This document shows positions 11,831-23,799 of a stretch of 64,000 bases of DNA, piece by piece. The notes below the pieces were generated by a model. It had not been told where the DNA came from and made no database searches. It saw only the letters and a program-made list of their open reading frames with translations. Position numbers and translations under genes: made by a program. Position 1 is the stretch's first letter. Every line of letters starts with the position of its first letter. This DNA comes from Thalia democratica (lineage: Eukaryota): contig OZ241826.1 in the NCBI GenBank assembly GCA_965202585.1, positions 65,100,001-65,164,000 of the forward strand. Reading direction: 5' to 3'.

Positions 11831-14290
11831 AGTTGTTGTTATACTTTTTCTTAGTATTTATGTGGTTACTTGTTTTTTATTACAAAAGCGTATTGATTTG
11901 TTGCTTAGTTTTTAAGTATTGAGATGTTTAATTTCTTCGTAACAAGTCGTATAAATCGTGATTTTATGGTTCCTTACAATTTTTTCTTTTTAAAATGTTT
12001 AGATAGCTTTTTATTTAAAATATAACAAATTTAAAATTAAAACTAATTAGCTTTATTGGATATTTGTTTAAAATTAAATTTTTTTTTGATATTTCAAAAA
12101 CGTGTACTTGCAGAAGCAGTTATATAACATAAACAGTATTTTAATTTCTTACAAAGCATAAAATATCGAAAAAGGATTTTAAAAACTTTAAATTGTGTTT
12201 AATATTCTTAAGTAACTAGACAAAATTTATCAGCATAAAAAACATTGAACAAATTTAGTATTATTTTGAAGGAATAATTAAAGGTTTTGTTTAACATAAA
12301 GTACTTTTGAAATATCTTTTAATTTTTTCTTTGAAAAGTTAAATATATAACTAATTTTAATAACTAGCTTCTTGCATAAGACTTTTTATTTTAGCTCTTT
12401 TGATTTGAAAACTATACAATGCTTATTGGAAATTTGAATAAAATTTCTAATTTTGAATATTGTATGAAGCAGGAATAATAATTTTTGCATAAATATTTAA
12501 AAGTAAATTAGTTTTTCAATAATTAGCTTTTTTTATTTTAAAGTTTGATTCATTTAAAAGTTTGGTTATACATAATTTTGAACATTACTGATTAGGGAAA
12601 ACATTTACTATCTTATATGTATATATTATTTATAAAGTCTAGATCATTGGTAATAGTTTTGAATATAGTTTTTAAGATTATAGGCTTAAGTTGGTATCCA
12701 TTTAATTAATAAAATCAATAAGCTCTTATAAAAACTACAAATAGTTTTGATGTTTGTTAATATTGAAACTTTGTTTAATAAAACAAAAATTATTATTAAA
12801 ATTACTAGTTGGAAGCTACATTTTTTTTTCAAAAATTTACAAAGGTTTTTTTTTACAATATTTCAAATTCACTAATTTTCTAAATCTAGTTAAAGTTTTT
12901 TTACTACGTGTACTTCAGACCATTTTAAACGTCTAATATTTAGCGCTAAATCACAACTATATCAAAAAAAAAGGAATGATTGGAGGCTAGTGTTAGTATT
13001 CTGTTAATCAATAGCTAAATTTTATTAAAACATTTATTGCTTTTGAACTAATCTGGTCAGCTTAAAAAAAAAAAATAGTCCGCAGATTATCGAATAAATA
13101 AGTGCAAGAGTTTATTGACTACTTTTAAAACTATATATATTAGAGACTATGCGTTTAAAATAAGCATTTTACTGAGAAAAAAATATTAATTTACTTGTTT
13201 CATGTTTCAATGTTTGTTAAAAATAACAGCAAAAAATAAGTTACAACTTTTGCAACAGACTCACTTGTACAAAGGTGTGATCTGTGTATTTAAGTACTTT
13301 ATTATAAAAATAATTTTATTATATGCAGACTAACGCTGACTTGTTTATTGAAAATACTGTTATAGCTTTAACTGCTGTTTTAAAAACTAAAACAATAGGT
13401 AAAGTAATCAGATGTTTACTAAAAGTAATCTCAGGCTTTAGTTTACAGTTATAGCCAAGTAGCTTTAAGCTAAAGTTTTTTGTTATCGATCGACAGTTAT
13501 TAAAAAAATGCTTAGATCTCACTTTAATTTACATTCAAACTTTAAAATTACTTAATCATTATACCTTAATGATTTAGACTAAACTAATTTTCTTTGATAA
13601 GTCAAAACATAGTTACCATGTTCGATAAGCGTATCGCAACAACTTGTTTTGTTCAATGCAGGGCCCTTAAAAATAAAATTAGCCAAAATCTAGTGTCTTA
13701 ACTTCTTAAGAACAGATGAATGATAGTCTAACTGTATAAAAAACAAATAAATTACAACGCTAGATTTACAATAACTTAAATTGTGTCAACCTTGCGTCAA
13801 TGTATCTAAATAAAACACTAATGAAAAACTTTTTGCTCAATGTATTTCTAATGCGTCTTTTATTAGTTTAAGTATTGGAGAAACAGTAACAATATTGTTA
13901 CTAATTGAAAATTGATTGAAAATTTTTTTTAAATAAGTAAAGTTTTTATTAGACAGTTATTCTAGATTCAAAAAAAAAAAGTTTATTTCAAAAAACTAGT
14001 GTAAAATATCAAACAAAATAAGAATGATTACAAATAAGTTTACTTTTTATAAAATTTTTGAGACAGCAAATGCAATAACAATAAACTGAAGTTTCGAAGC
14101 TTTTGTTACTTTAAATCCAGATCCACCTTTAAAAAATATTTATTAAGTGTATAGGATTGAAATTTAACATCGTAAGAATGATATCTTAAATTTTTAGTTG
14201 TTAAAATAATATAATAATTGTCAGCACCATTAATAAAAGGTGGGTAAACAGTGATACGAAAAGCAAAAGTCTGCTGCTCTCGAGGTACTT

Positions 14291-17200
14291 TTAAGCTAAA
14301 CAAAAATTTAACAAAAATAAGTTTTTGTGAAACTCATAGTTAGTCTCTTAGTTCAATTATTGCTCTTTAGTAGTGCTCTACTATTGATAATTATGTTCCA
14401 CTATTAGTTTAAAATAGTATTTTTGTATTGATTACTACAACTTTTTTTAACAATAGTTACAGCTTGAGGAAGATTTTTTTACTTCAGAGTGGCTTATAAT
14501 CAATTTTAAAGAAAAAAATTGACCTGCGACACGTAAAAGGCTGCTGACCCCTTTTACAAAAAGTTTATCTATGAACATGTTAAAAAGATGATCTCACATA
14601 AAATACACAAGCCTAAAATTCATTTATGGTAAATTTTAAGCTTAACTCAAAAAAAAAATTATGCTTTGTACAGTCATAAAAAAAGTTAATGAAAAAATAT
14701 ATATACCGTCATCTGGTTCATTTTTGATCTTAACATAATAGTCAATAGAGTCCCACATGTCACAAAGCTCTTCGGAATATCCTATTCTAGAATTTATTCC
14801 GTTTTCCATGACAGCACGAGGATACACCATTAACAAATTTTGCCAGTTTTGTACGTTTTCCTTAACAAATTAACAACTGTTTTTTGTCAACCACTTTTTA
14901 AAATAATGTTATTGTAAATAAATTAGTTATATTTCGATAATTCATACTTATTGTTATTTACTTTTAAGATTTGTAAACGTATACATTTTTATTGTTTTAA
15001 CTTTTGCTTATATATAAATTTTAATTTATGCATACGGTAGTATTACATACAGTATAGTAATAGATAAATGTACACACAAAACAAAAACAAAACAACTAAG
15101 TTTATAAACTGAACTTCGTTAAAATTTGAATAAAACTTATAAAAGGTATTAAAATATATCAACATACATCATTAAGTTTTTCATACTTTATCCATTCGCT
15201 ATTAGTGTCAGAGATTGGAAGTCCTGTGTGCGCGAAACTACCCCAAAAATCACTGAACATTTCAGACATAAACTGTTCATCTTCTTCGTTCACTTTACTA
15301 ATAGTAAAAAAAAATTAAAATTTGTATAAAATAATTGAGACGAAATTTTACTAAATTTATAAAGTGAAATGAAATATCCTTTATTCTTGCGTAAACAAAC
15401 TAATTTATAAAAATTTAATGAATACTATTGTTATTTTATAAAATTAAACACTCTACAATAATATTGACTCAAAAATGATATGTTTATATGTTTTTGAAGA
15501 GTTGAACAAAGAACTTTGAGCAAAAGTTATGTTTTCATGGTCATTTGTACTTAAGTAGTTAGCTAATAAACTATTAAAAATGCATTTAGACTTTTATTCA
15601 GTTGCTACTTCAGTTGAAAATTAGTTATAAACATTTGGCAAATCATTATAAATAACTTTAGTACAGTAACCTCTCGCATCTTTACGCACTCTCGTTTAGT
15701 TACGCACTTTAAAATTCTAAAAATTCCATAGTATATAAATTTTAATTTTTTTTAATATTGCACAAATTAGGTTTATTATATATTTCTAATTTAAAATAAG
15801 TTTTTAAATGCTAACTTACCTCTCTATATCTTTAGACTTTAAAACTTATGTTCTTTGACTAATTGATAACATTTAGTTTTACCTCAGTATATCAAAAATT
15901 TTGTTAACAATAAGAGATTAAATTAAAATTCTGAATGAAATATGACTGTTTTAAAAAATGAAATAATGAGAGTTAAAACACAAATAAATAATACAGCACT
16001 CTTGCCCTAAATATGAATAAACATCTAAAAAATAAATCTAATGAAACTTCCTAGCAAAAAGTAGCAGTGATGCTTAATAAATATAGAGCTTACACTTAAC
16101 ACATGTCAATAGTTAATAGTTTTTTTTTTAGTAAATATATCACTAATTTTCATTTGAGGTTTTTTTTTAGTTTAAGTCCTTCTTCTGCAACACTTGCTTT
16201 GCACAGCAAGCGTTGAAATTTTTCGCACGTTGCTTTTAATTTTTTGTAATGCTCACCAGCACCAGTTACAGCTTTGAAAGAACACAACTGCGCGTTAAAA
16301 CTGATAGTCTTCACTAACATTAGTTTAAAACCCTTGAATTCAAATTATTCTTCTTGCTCTGAAAAATATTCTTCATCAGTTTCAAGGTGATCCTTTGAAG
16401 TTCCAGGCAGGTTTGTGGAATCAACTACATCTACTTAAGTAGAAGCAATATAAAAAAACAGCCATTATAGTAAGTATATTTGATACCTCTCGTATCTTTA
16501 CGATCTCTCGTATCTTTACGCATTTTTCTGTGGACACAATGTGCGTAAATAAGCGAGAGGTTACTGTACTTTACAGTTTAATTTAGAAAAACCAAGTTGT
16601 TGCTTCAATATAAAAACTTAGATTGTTGGAAAGTCTTGCCTTTTTAAACTAATCAATTTTAATGTAAGATTACTAAAATATATAAAAACTAAAATAAAAA
16701 TAAATTTATTATAAATACATAAGTATAAAAATTTAAGCTAATCTTACACTGCTTTTTATGTTTTTAACTTTTTCTTGTACTTACTTAAACTTTTGTTTGC
16801 AATACTTTAAGATAACAAAAATATTTTACATGAAATTAATACTTAGTAATAATTAATTGTCTAATTATCTTTAATTTTATATGATGTGTAATAATTTGAT
16901 CAAACTCATATAGAAATAAATTGAACTTTCAGTCTGTCTTAAAGTGATAGTAGAGTAAAAGCAACTACACGTTTTAACATAATATTCTACATTGATTATA
17001 AATATTGATATAATATACTTATCACTTAATTATTACCCTTTATAACTTCTTGTATTGAACACGTAGTCTACTTCACACGCATGACACGAGTAATTACAGC
17101 TGCTTAGTGGATTGTCGCAACTTGCGTGCTGCCAAGAGTACAAATAGTTGTTGTTTGATTTCGATGTTTCAGATATAAACCTTTAATATAAATCAAAAAT

Positions 17201-20200
17201 AATTCAAAATTGAAAAAAAAATGTAAGCCTTTTCTAAGCATAAAAACTAGAACCTTGCCATAATACGAGACGGACAAACAAAGTATACATCAGCAAGCTC
17301 CTGTGAAAGTATGTAAGTATAATCAAAGTCCTCTCTTTGATCTTCTGGAGCTAGTTTTACGTACGCTTCTGTTACAACGTGTGCCTTTTCTTTCCCAACA
17401 AGCAATTCATTCAATTTCTTAATATAAAAAATCGTGTAAATTTTTCAGTTATCATCAAATTATCATTCACGAAATATATTGTACACAAACTATCTTTAAT
17501 AGTATTGATATAACTTTTTTAAATTCTATAAACTATCTGTATAAGTATTTTTTTTTTAGTTTTAGATTAACTTTAAGTTCTTTTACTTGACCCATCTAAA
17601 GTTATGTTTTGCTGATTTATTACCAAAGTAATATTTTTAAATACCTTATAAGATTTAGACAGCGGTCACTTACTGTTAGTAAACTTAAAGAAACATTGCG
17701 ACCATTAAAAATTGCTATAACATCCCATATCTCTTCTCGATTTGTTCCAATAATCACGTCGGCCTCGGTATTCCAATCACCATCCTGAAGCATAGCAAGC
17801 GGTTGCTGAGTGAACTCATCACCGTCTACTATTGGTCGAAAAGGCTCAACCACAGTTCGGTGGTCGATGACCCGTAAGGCAGCAGCTCTTGCTTTGTTAG
17901 TTTTTTCATTTATCAACTCTTTTTCTACGTTCCTATAGTTGTAAATATTATAAGTTGTCTATTTAAAAGATTAATCGTATGAAACTTTTCTTTAAAAGTT
18001 CGACTTAAGTAATTTCCTAAATAACTTATAAAAATTATTTTTCTATAAATTTTATTAACTAGTCAGAATATGTTATAATGTTTAACTTTTTTGTTTAAAG
18101 CTAAGACTTTATTCTATTTTATTTCTAATGGTTTTACTTGTTTACATATGAAAATAACATTTCTGTTATGTTCTTAAAAATCTATAATCTTTAAAAAAAT
18201 AACCTCAAGCATTCCGCAACAGATTCAAAATTATCTTCGCACTCAAGGTCGATAACAAACTGAGCACTCCAGTTTGCTGCTCTTTCAACACTCATGTAGT
18301 CGTACACAGCTGGATTGCTTTGTTGTATGGTTCTACTGAAGTAATTGCCACTATTTTTCGATACTGTGTGGAGCATAACAGATTGCGCTCCTGCACTATT
18401 ACCAAACAACGTCACCTAATAATAAAAATAATTGTTCTTTAAGTAAAGTAAAGCTTAAAACTAGTGCTCCTTATTATAATTATCAATAGTTTTTAATATA
18501 TAGTATCTTAAACTTTTATATTATAGTTTTCATTTTTAATTACACGCATAAAGAATAGAGAAAACAATGATAATATTTATTTAAAATAACTTTAAAGATA
18601 AACTTATAAAACAATAAAAAATGCTTTTTTCTTATCATTTGAACATAGTGCATTTATAAATTTAGTTTTTTTTTTTCAGCGTAAAAACCTTGTTAGGGTC
18701 TCCACCAAACTTTTTTATTTCATCTTGAACCCATTTTAGAGCTAACTGCTGATCTTTGAATCCTTGATTACCTTTCAATTCGATTTTATTATCTTGATAA
18801 TAAAAAGATCCTAAAGCTCCTATTAGAATTATTTGTGTTTTATGATATCCTAATAGAAAATGTATTACTTTAACTTTACTTCAAACAATAAACGGTAACA
18901 GCTAAGTCGAGATGTTTTTTGAATGTAGGAACTTTATTTTATTTTATTTTTTTTTTAAATACAACAAATCTTTCAAAACTTAAGTTTTTAATAAAGTTAT
19001 TCAGAAAAGTATTACTATTTTAGTTTTTTAAACTGAAAGTTGTAATGTATTAAAAATAACTTAAACTACGTTATTATGTAGCTAGTTTTTAGTAAAATGA
19101 CTAAGGTTAGCAAAAAGTATGAATTTATATTGTTTTTGAAATAAATTTAGTCATTACAAAAGTGTTTTTTTACAGCAGAGACATTTTTTTATTAAATTTT
19201 ATGTTGTTTTTAGTACGTAGTATACAATACATATTATAAAATAACATTTTAAACAAACCTATGTTGCTTTTCGATTTTTTTCTTGAGATTATGATTTACT
19301 AATTTTGAAATATACTAGTGTATTTACTATAACATTTTGAAAATAAAAAAATCAAATTATATTCAAACCATTATACAAACAAAAAAATTGACCATAAATC
19401 GTCTAATTATTTAACTATTATTGTGTAAGCTTATTTGTATTTAATATCTTAACCATTTTAAAGTTTTGTACCAACCGAGTCGGTAGTTTATTGAAACTAT
19501 GATTGTGTTTGTCGAATTGCTTAAGAAACGTCCGTCAACCCCGTCAGAAGTTCCTGTTCCTGTCATAAAAGAACCCCCATGAATATAGAACATTACAGGA
19601 AGAAGTTGCTCGAAATCACCAGAAACGAGAGACTGATTGCTTACTGAATGTGGAACATGTATATTGAGAACCAGGCAGTCTTCTGTTGTATCCTGTTGAG
19701 ATAAATCTAAAAATTGTAGATTATAAACGTTAAATAAACTTTGTATTTTATACCTCATTATTTTAAATTGTTGTATGGTAACTGTCTAACGTCGTTGTAA
19801 AGTGTTAGGAAAACGGCATTCTTTTTTTTTGTCTTTACAAAAAATTTTTGTATATTATACGAAAGTTAGCATAATAAAAACGGATTTAAACCTCGAAGAT
19901 ATGATTTCAGAAAAAATGTAGAGAAGTTGTTTATCTATCAAGATGAATTGAAACTTTTATACGATTAGCTATAAAAACTCATAACATTAATCGAAAAAAT
20001 CTGAGTAATTTGTCAAACAAAGTGTGCAATGCGATTCATTTTATCAAACTAATTTAACAACGTTTAACATTTGATTATTGAAATTTTTTTTTTGTTTAAA
20101 ACAGTGAAACTAGTTAAGTTTTTCCTTAATAACAAAATTTTCATTAACTCATTTAATACTCTATCGTACATAACTTTTTATGCGCTTTGCTAGTATTATT

Positions 20201-21394
20201 TCAGTCAACTGATACTAACAAACATAAAACTTTTAAATAATTTTTAAAAGGTTTGCTGTTTTCTTTGTTCAGGTTTATGAAACAACATAATTTAATTTAA
20301 TTTGAATGAAGTTACACTTTCAGTTCAAGTATGGAGGACATCTTAAAAGTTCATTAAACGGTTTATAACTTTCTACTGATAAATACAAATAACATATAAG
20401 ACTTTTTTATATTCAACTTAAATAGTTTTCTTTTAAAATTTTAAGCTAAAAATTCAACATCTGCACTTTGCATTTTTAAAAAGATTTGAATGTAAATAAC
20501 AATATAAAACAAACTAAAAAGAGTATATAAATTTATATATTTATTATAAATTAAAGAATCAGCTTGTGCTTAATAAAATAATTAACATTTTTAAACACTT
20601 TACTAAAATAAGTATTTTTCTGTACTTTAATCAACATCATTGTTTTATTTTACTGGTGATCTGTTGTCTGAAATATTTTTAATCAAATGAAACGATCAAA
20701 ACAAACTATAAGCAAGAAAGCAAAGTACTGCACACATGAAGCAGTGCTCATTTTTAACCAGTGTTCTATAGACTATTGAAAATGTATAGTGTAAAAAAAA
20801 ATATTATTTTTAGAAATATAATATTATTTTTTTACTCACTGAACTAGTATCTTGAACACATCTGATGATTTTTTTAGTTGAAGCGTCTATCACATCGTTG
20901 CTAACAGCTTTCGGAATAGGTGGCATGAACCTATATAAATTTTTACTTAAAGCTCTTATTTTTAATATAAAAACATAAGCTGTAGTTTTGTATTTATGAA
21001 AAATTATAAGATACAACGTGATAAGACATTAAATAATTATATTGAGTTAAAAACACGTCTAATTTCTTAAAAATGTATTAAGCTACCTATTTTTTCCAAT
21101 AGGAGCTTCAGCATATTTAATTGAAAAAAATGAAAACGAATAAGGATTAAGTTGGCCTTTTATTGTACCTTTGCTCGTCAAAACATCTGTATAACCTAAA
21201 ACTTTATCTGCATCATCTTTAAAGTTTTTCGAATTAGTTTTTAAGTCTTCATCTTCAAACGAACTTCTTATAGTATCTAAAATTTCGGATAAGATGCTTT
21301 CTTGGTTAGCAATAGACTCAGTTCTAGAAATTTTCTGACTACAAAAAGTCAAAAAAACGCATTGTATAAAAACTAAAAAACCTACTTTTACCAT
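14291..21394 (-). CDS. Type-B carboxylesterase/cholinesterase-family protein A, ~604 aa
   Basis: Exons 21394-21087, 20930-20840, 19692(or 19706)-19476, 18819-18689, 18415-18204, 17932-17674, 17417-17254, 17180-17037, 15297-15168, 14860-14707, 14295-14291. Motifs: signal peptide, EDCLVLN, HGGSF, SINYRLG, GNQGFKDQQLALKWV, FGGDP, FGNSAG, IGTNREE, SCHACE, WGSFA. Confidence 0.9.
15664..16566 (-). mobile_element. pogo/Tigger-type internally deleted DNA transposon
   Basis: Perfect 13-bp TIR CAGTAACCTCTCG/CGAGAGGTTACTG flanked by TA on both sides; subterminal ctctcg-tatctttacg repeats; minus-strand remnant KKPQMKISDIF resembles a Tigger transposase C-terminus. Confidence 0.85.
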
Positions 21395-23799
21395 CTTCTA
21401 AGAATATAATATAGTTTTTAGTGGAGTATATTTACAAAAATAGAGAAACTAATTTTTCTTAGTTAATAAGTTAGCACAAACAAAACAATCTTTATTTTTT
21501 TTCATCTTGAAAATAATCTACAACAAATTAAATTTTATAAACCAAATTGTTAAATAAATAAAAATTAAATTTTAATACATATTTATGGTATTTTCTATTA
21601 TATAAAATAACAATAATAGAAAAATCTTTTGAAAACACAAAAACTTAAAAGTAAGTTTTACTGGTAAAGTTTTGTAATATACTGTTTGAATTTATTCATT
21701 AAGTAAGAAAAAGAACAGTGGTTGACAAACAGTTTTACGACTTTTTCAAACTAAACATGCAATACGATTTTAAACAAACAACTATTATTATCATAATACT
21801 TATTTTTTATCTATAAAACAACTCAATGCAACAAATTTTCTACATTAACTATTTTAATTATACAATGATAAATTACAGATTCCTCCACTCATTAGCTTTA
21901 TTAAACACTTGTAAAGTACAACAAAATGTTTTTACCCAAAACTTTCTTTAACAGTTATAATAATTTTTAACACACGAAAAACATTTATCCTTAAATGATC
22001 AATTTAGTTTTTTTTTTAGTTATTAAGTTTAGTTATAAACTTATATCAGTATTTTTTATAGTTAAAAGAAATTTTTATCATATTTACAAAAAACTTGATA
22101 AAATTTTATCGTTTATAATTTTATCAATAGTTTTAAAAATTAAATTTAAAAGTATTACATTAATATGCTGTATATATTAATCATGCAGTAAAAAAAATAC
22201 ATTTTTAATTACTTATAAATAATTTTTAGTTATACTTAACATCAATAAAGTTCTAGAACTTGCAGTAAAGTATTACTTACTATTACAGATAAGGAGAAGA
22301 AAACTAAAAAGTTTGTTTGTTCAATAACTTTAATACTATTTCGAATAGAACCAAAAATAACATTACGAAGTATACCTACTAACTAAATAAATTTAACAAT
22401 TACTTTAATAAAAACCGGCAAAGGAACATCTTTAAAAATGTTTAGATAGTTAGCGAAGCTTCTGTGTAAAATCGAACATTACTTTAATGAGATGAGCCTT
22501 TTTTAACTTTTTTATTAGTTCTTGAAACTCAAAAACAAAAAAAATGCAAATAAAATAATACTAAGAAGAATAGAACTTATTGAAACCTGTATAAAATATA
22601 CGTAATCTGAAACCAAAAAGTAGTTAAGTTTTATCAATTTTGTCATCTTTTTTTAAACTACTATTTTATTGATTATTTTTTGAAAATAATATTCATTTAA
22701 CTTCAAATAAAATTACTAATAATATTTTAAATGCAATAATAATAATAATAAGTAAGTCAAAGAAGCTATTTATACAAAAAAGGGCTTGTAATCACAGTTC
22801 TGAAACATCTTTATCAATTTTTAAAAATTTATTGTAGTTTAAATAATATATAAATGTTTTCTTGTTGAAATTATTTTAATTCCGAATTTTATTTATAGCT
22901 ATAAAAAAACAATATGCAATATAAAAAAGTTGTATAAACTTGTAATAAAGTTTTTTTATTTAAGGTTAGCAAAATTCATTGATTCAAACTAAAAGTCTTA
23001 AAATCAGTTTTATTTAATAACCAATTTAGATTTTAGATATAGTAGTATAAGTGTATGCTTTGGCAATCAAAATAAAATATTTTATCAAAAAAAAAGAAAA
23101 AAATCTATTTTAATTTTATTTGAAAAATTATATTTCAAATTCGATTTTAAAACAATGATTTTTTCATTGTTTTTATTTTATGTTTTCTTAAATTAAATTT
23201 TAGAAATTTATGTTGAAATTTAAAGCCTGTGTAAATCTAAAAGTTTGAATTAAGTTTTTTTTTTCAATAAGTTACCAAATTGTTCTTAAACCAAATGTAA
23301 AGCCAAGGTTATTAAAACTTTTGTAGTTCAAGCTTTATTTTTTAATTTGTATTAAAAGTATCACCACTATCATTTCAATTTATTATTTTTATTACTTTAA
23401 AACAAATTAAAAAAAAAATTTTTGGTTTTTTTGTAACGAAATTTCTTTGAAGTCATGTTTTTTACAAGCAATAAAATGTTTACACGGTTTGTTTTTTAAA
23501 TTCGCCACTAAAATCGAAACAAAAAAAGTTTGATTTTGACTTTCAAGTACGGCGAACAAATATTTGTAAAGTACTAATTAACGTTTGCTAATTAACTTAA
23601 AGTTACAAAAACAAAGTTTGTTTATTGAACACTAAACAAATTATCTCGTAAAAGGTTATAAAATTTCTTCTTTATCTAAAACAGTTTGATATTTATTTAA
23701 ATTTACTCTAAAAACTTTGGAATAAACTGGGCTTAATGTAAAGATATAGTTGTGGAATAGGAAGATAATTTTAAAAAAATTATAAACACAGAGAATAAC

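Noticed and set aside
14106-14303. 65-aa minus ORF as the last exon of esterase A
   Set aside because: It needs an acceptor without an adjacent pyrimidine tract and encodes nothing resembling the paralog's tail; kept only as an alternative.
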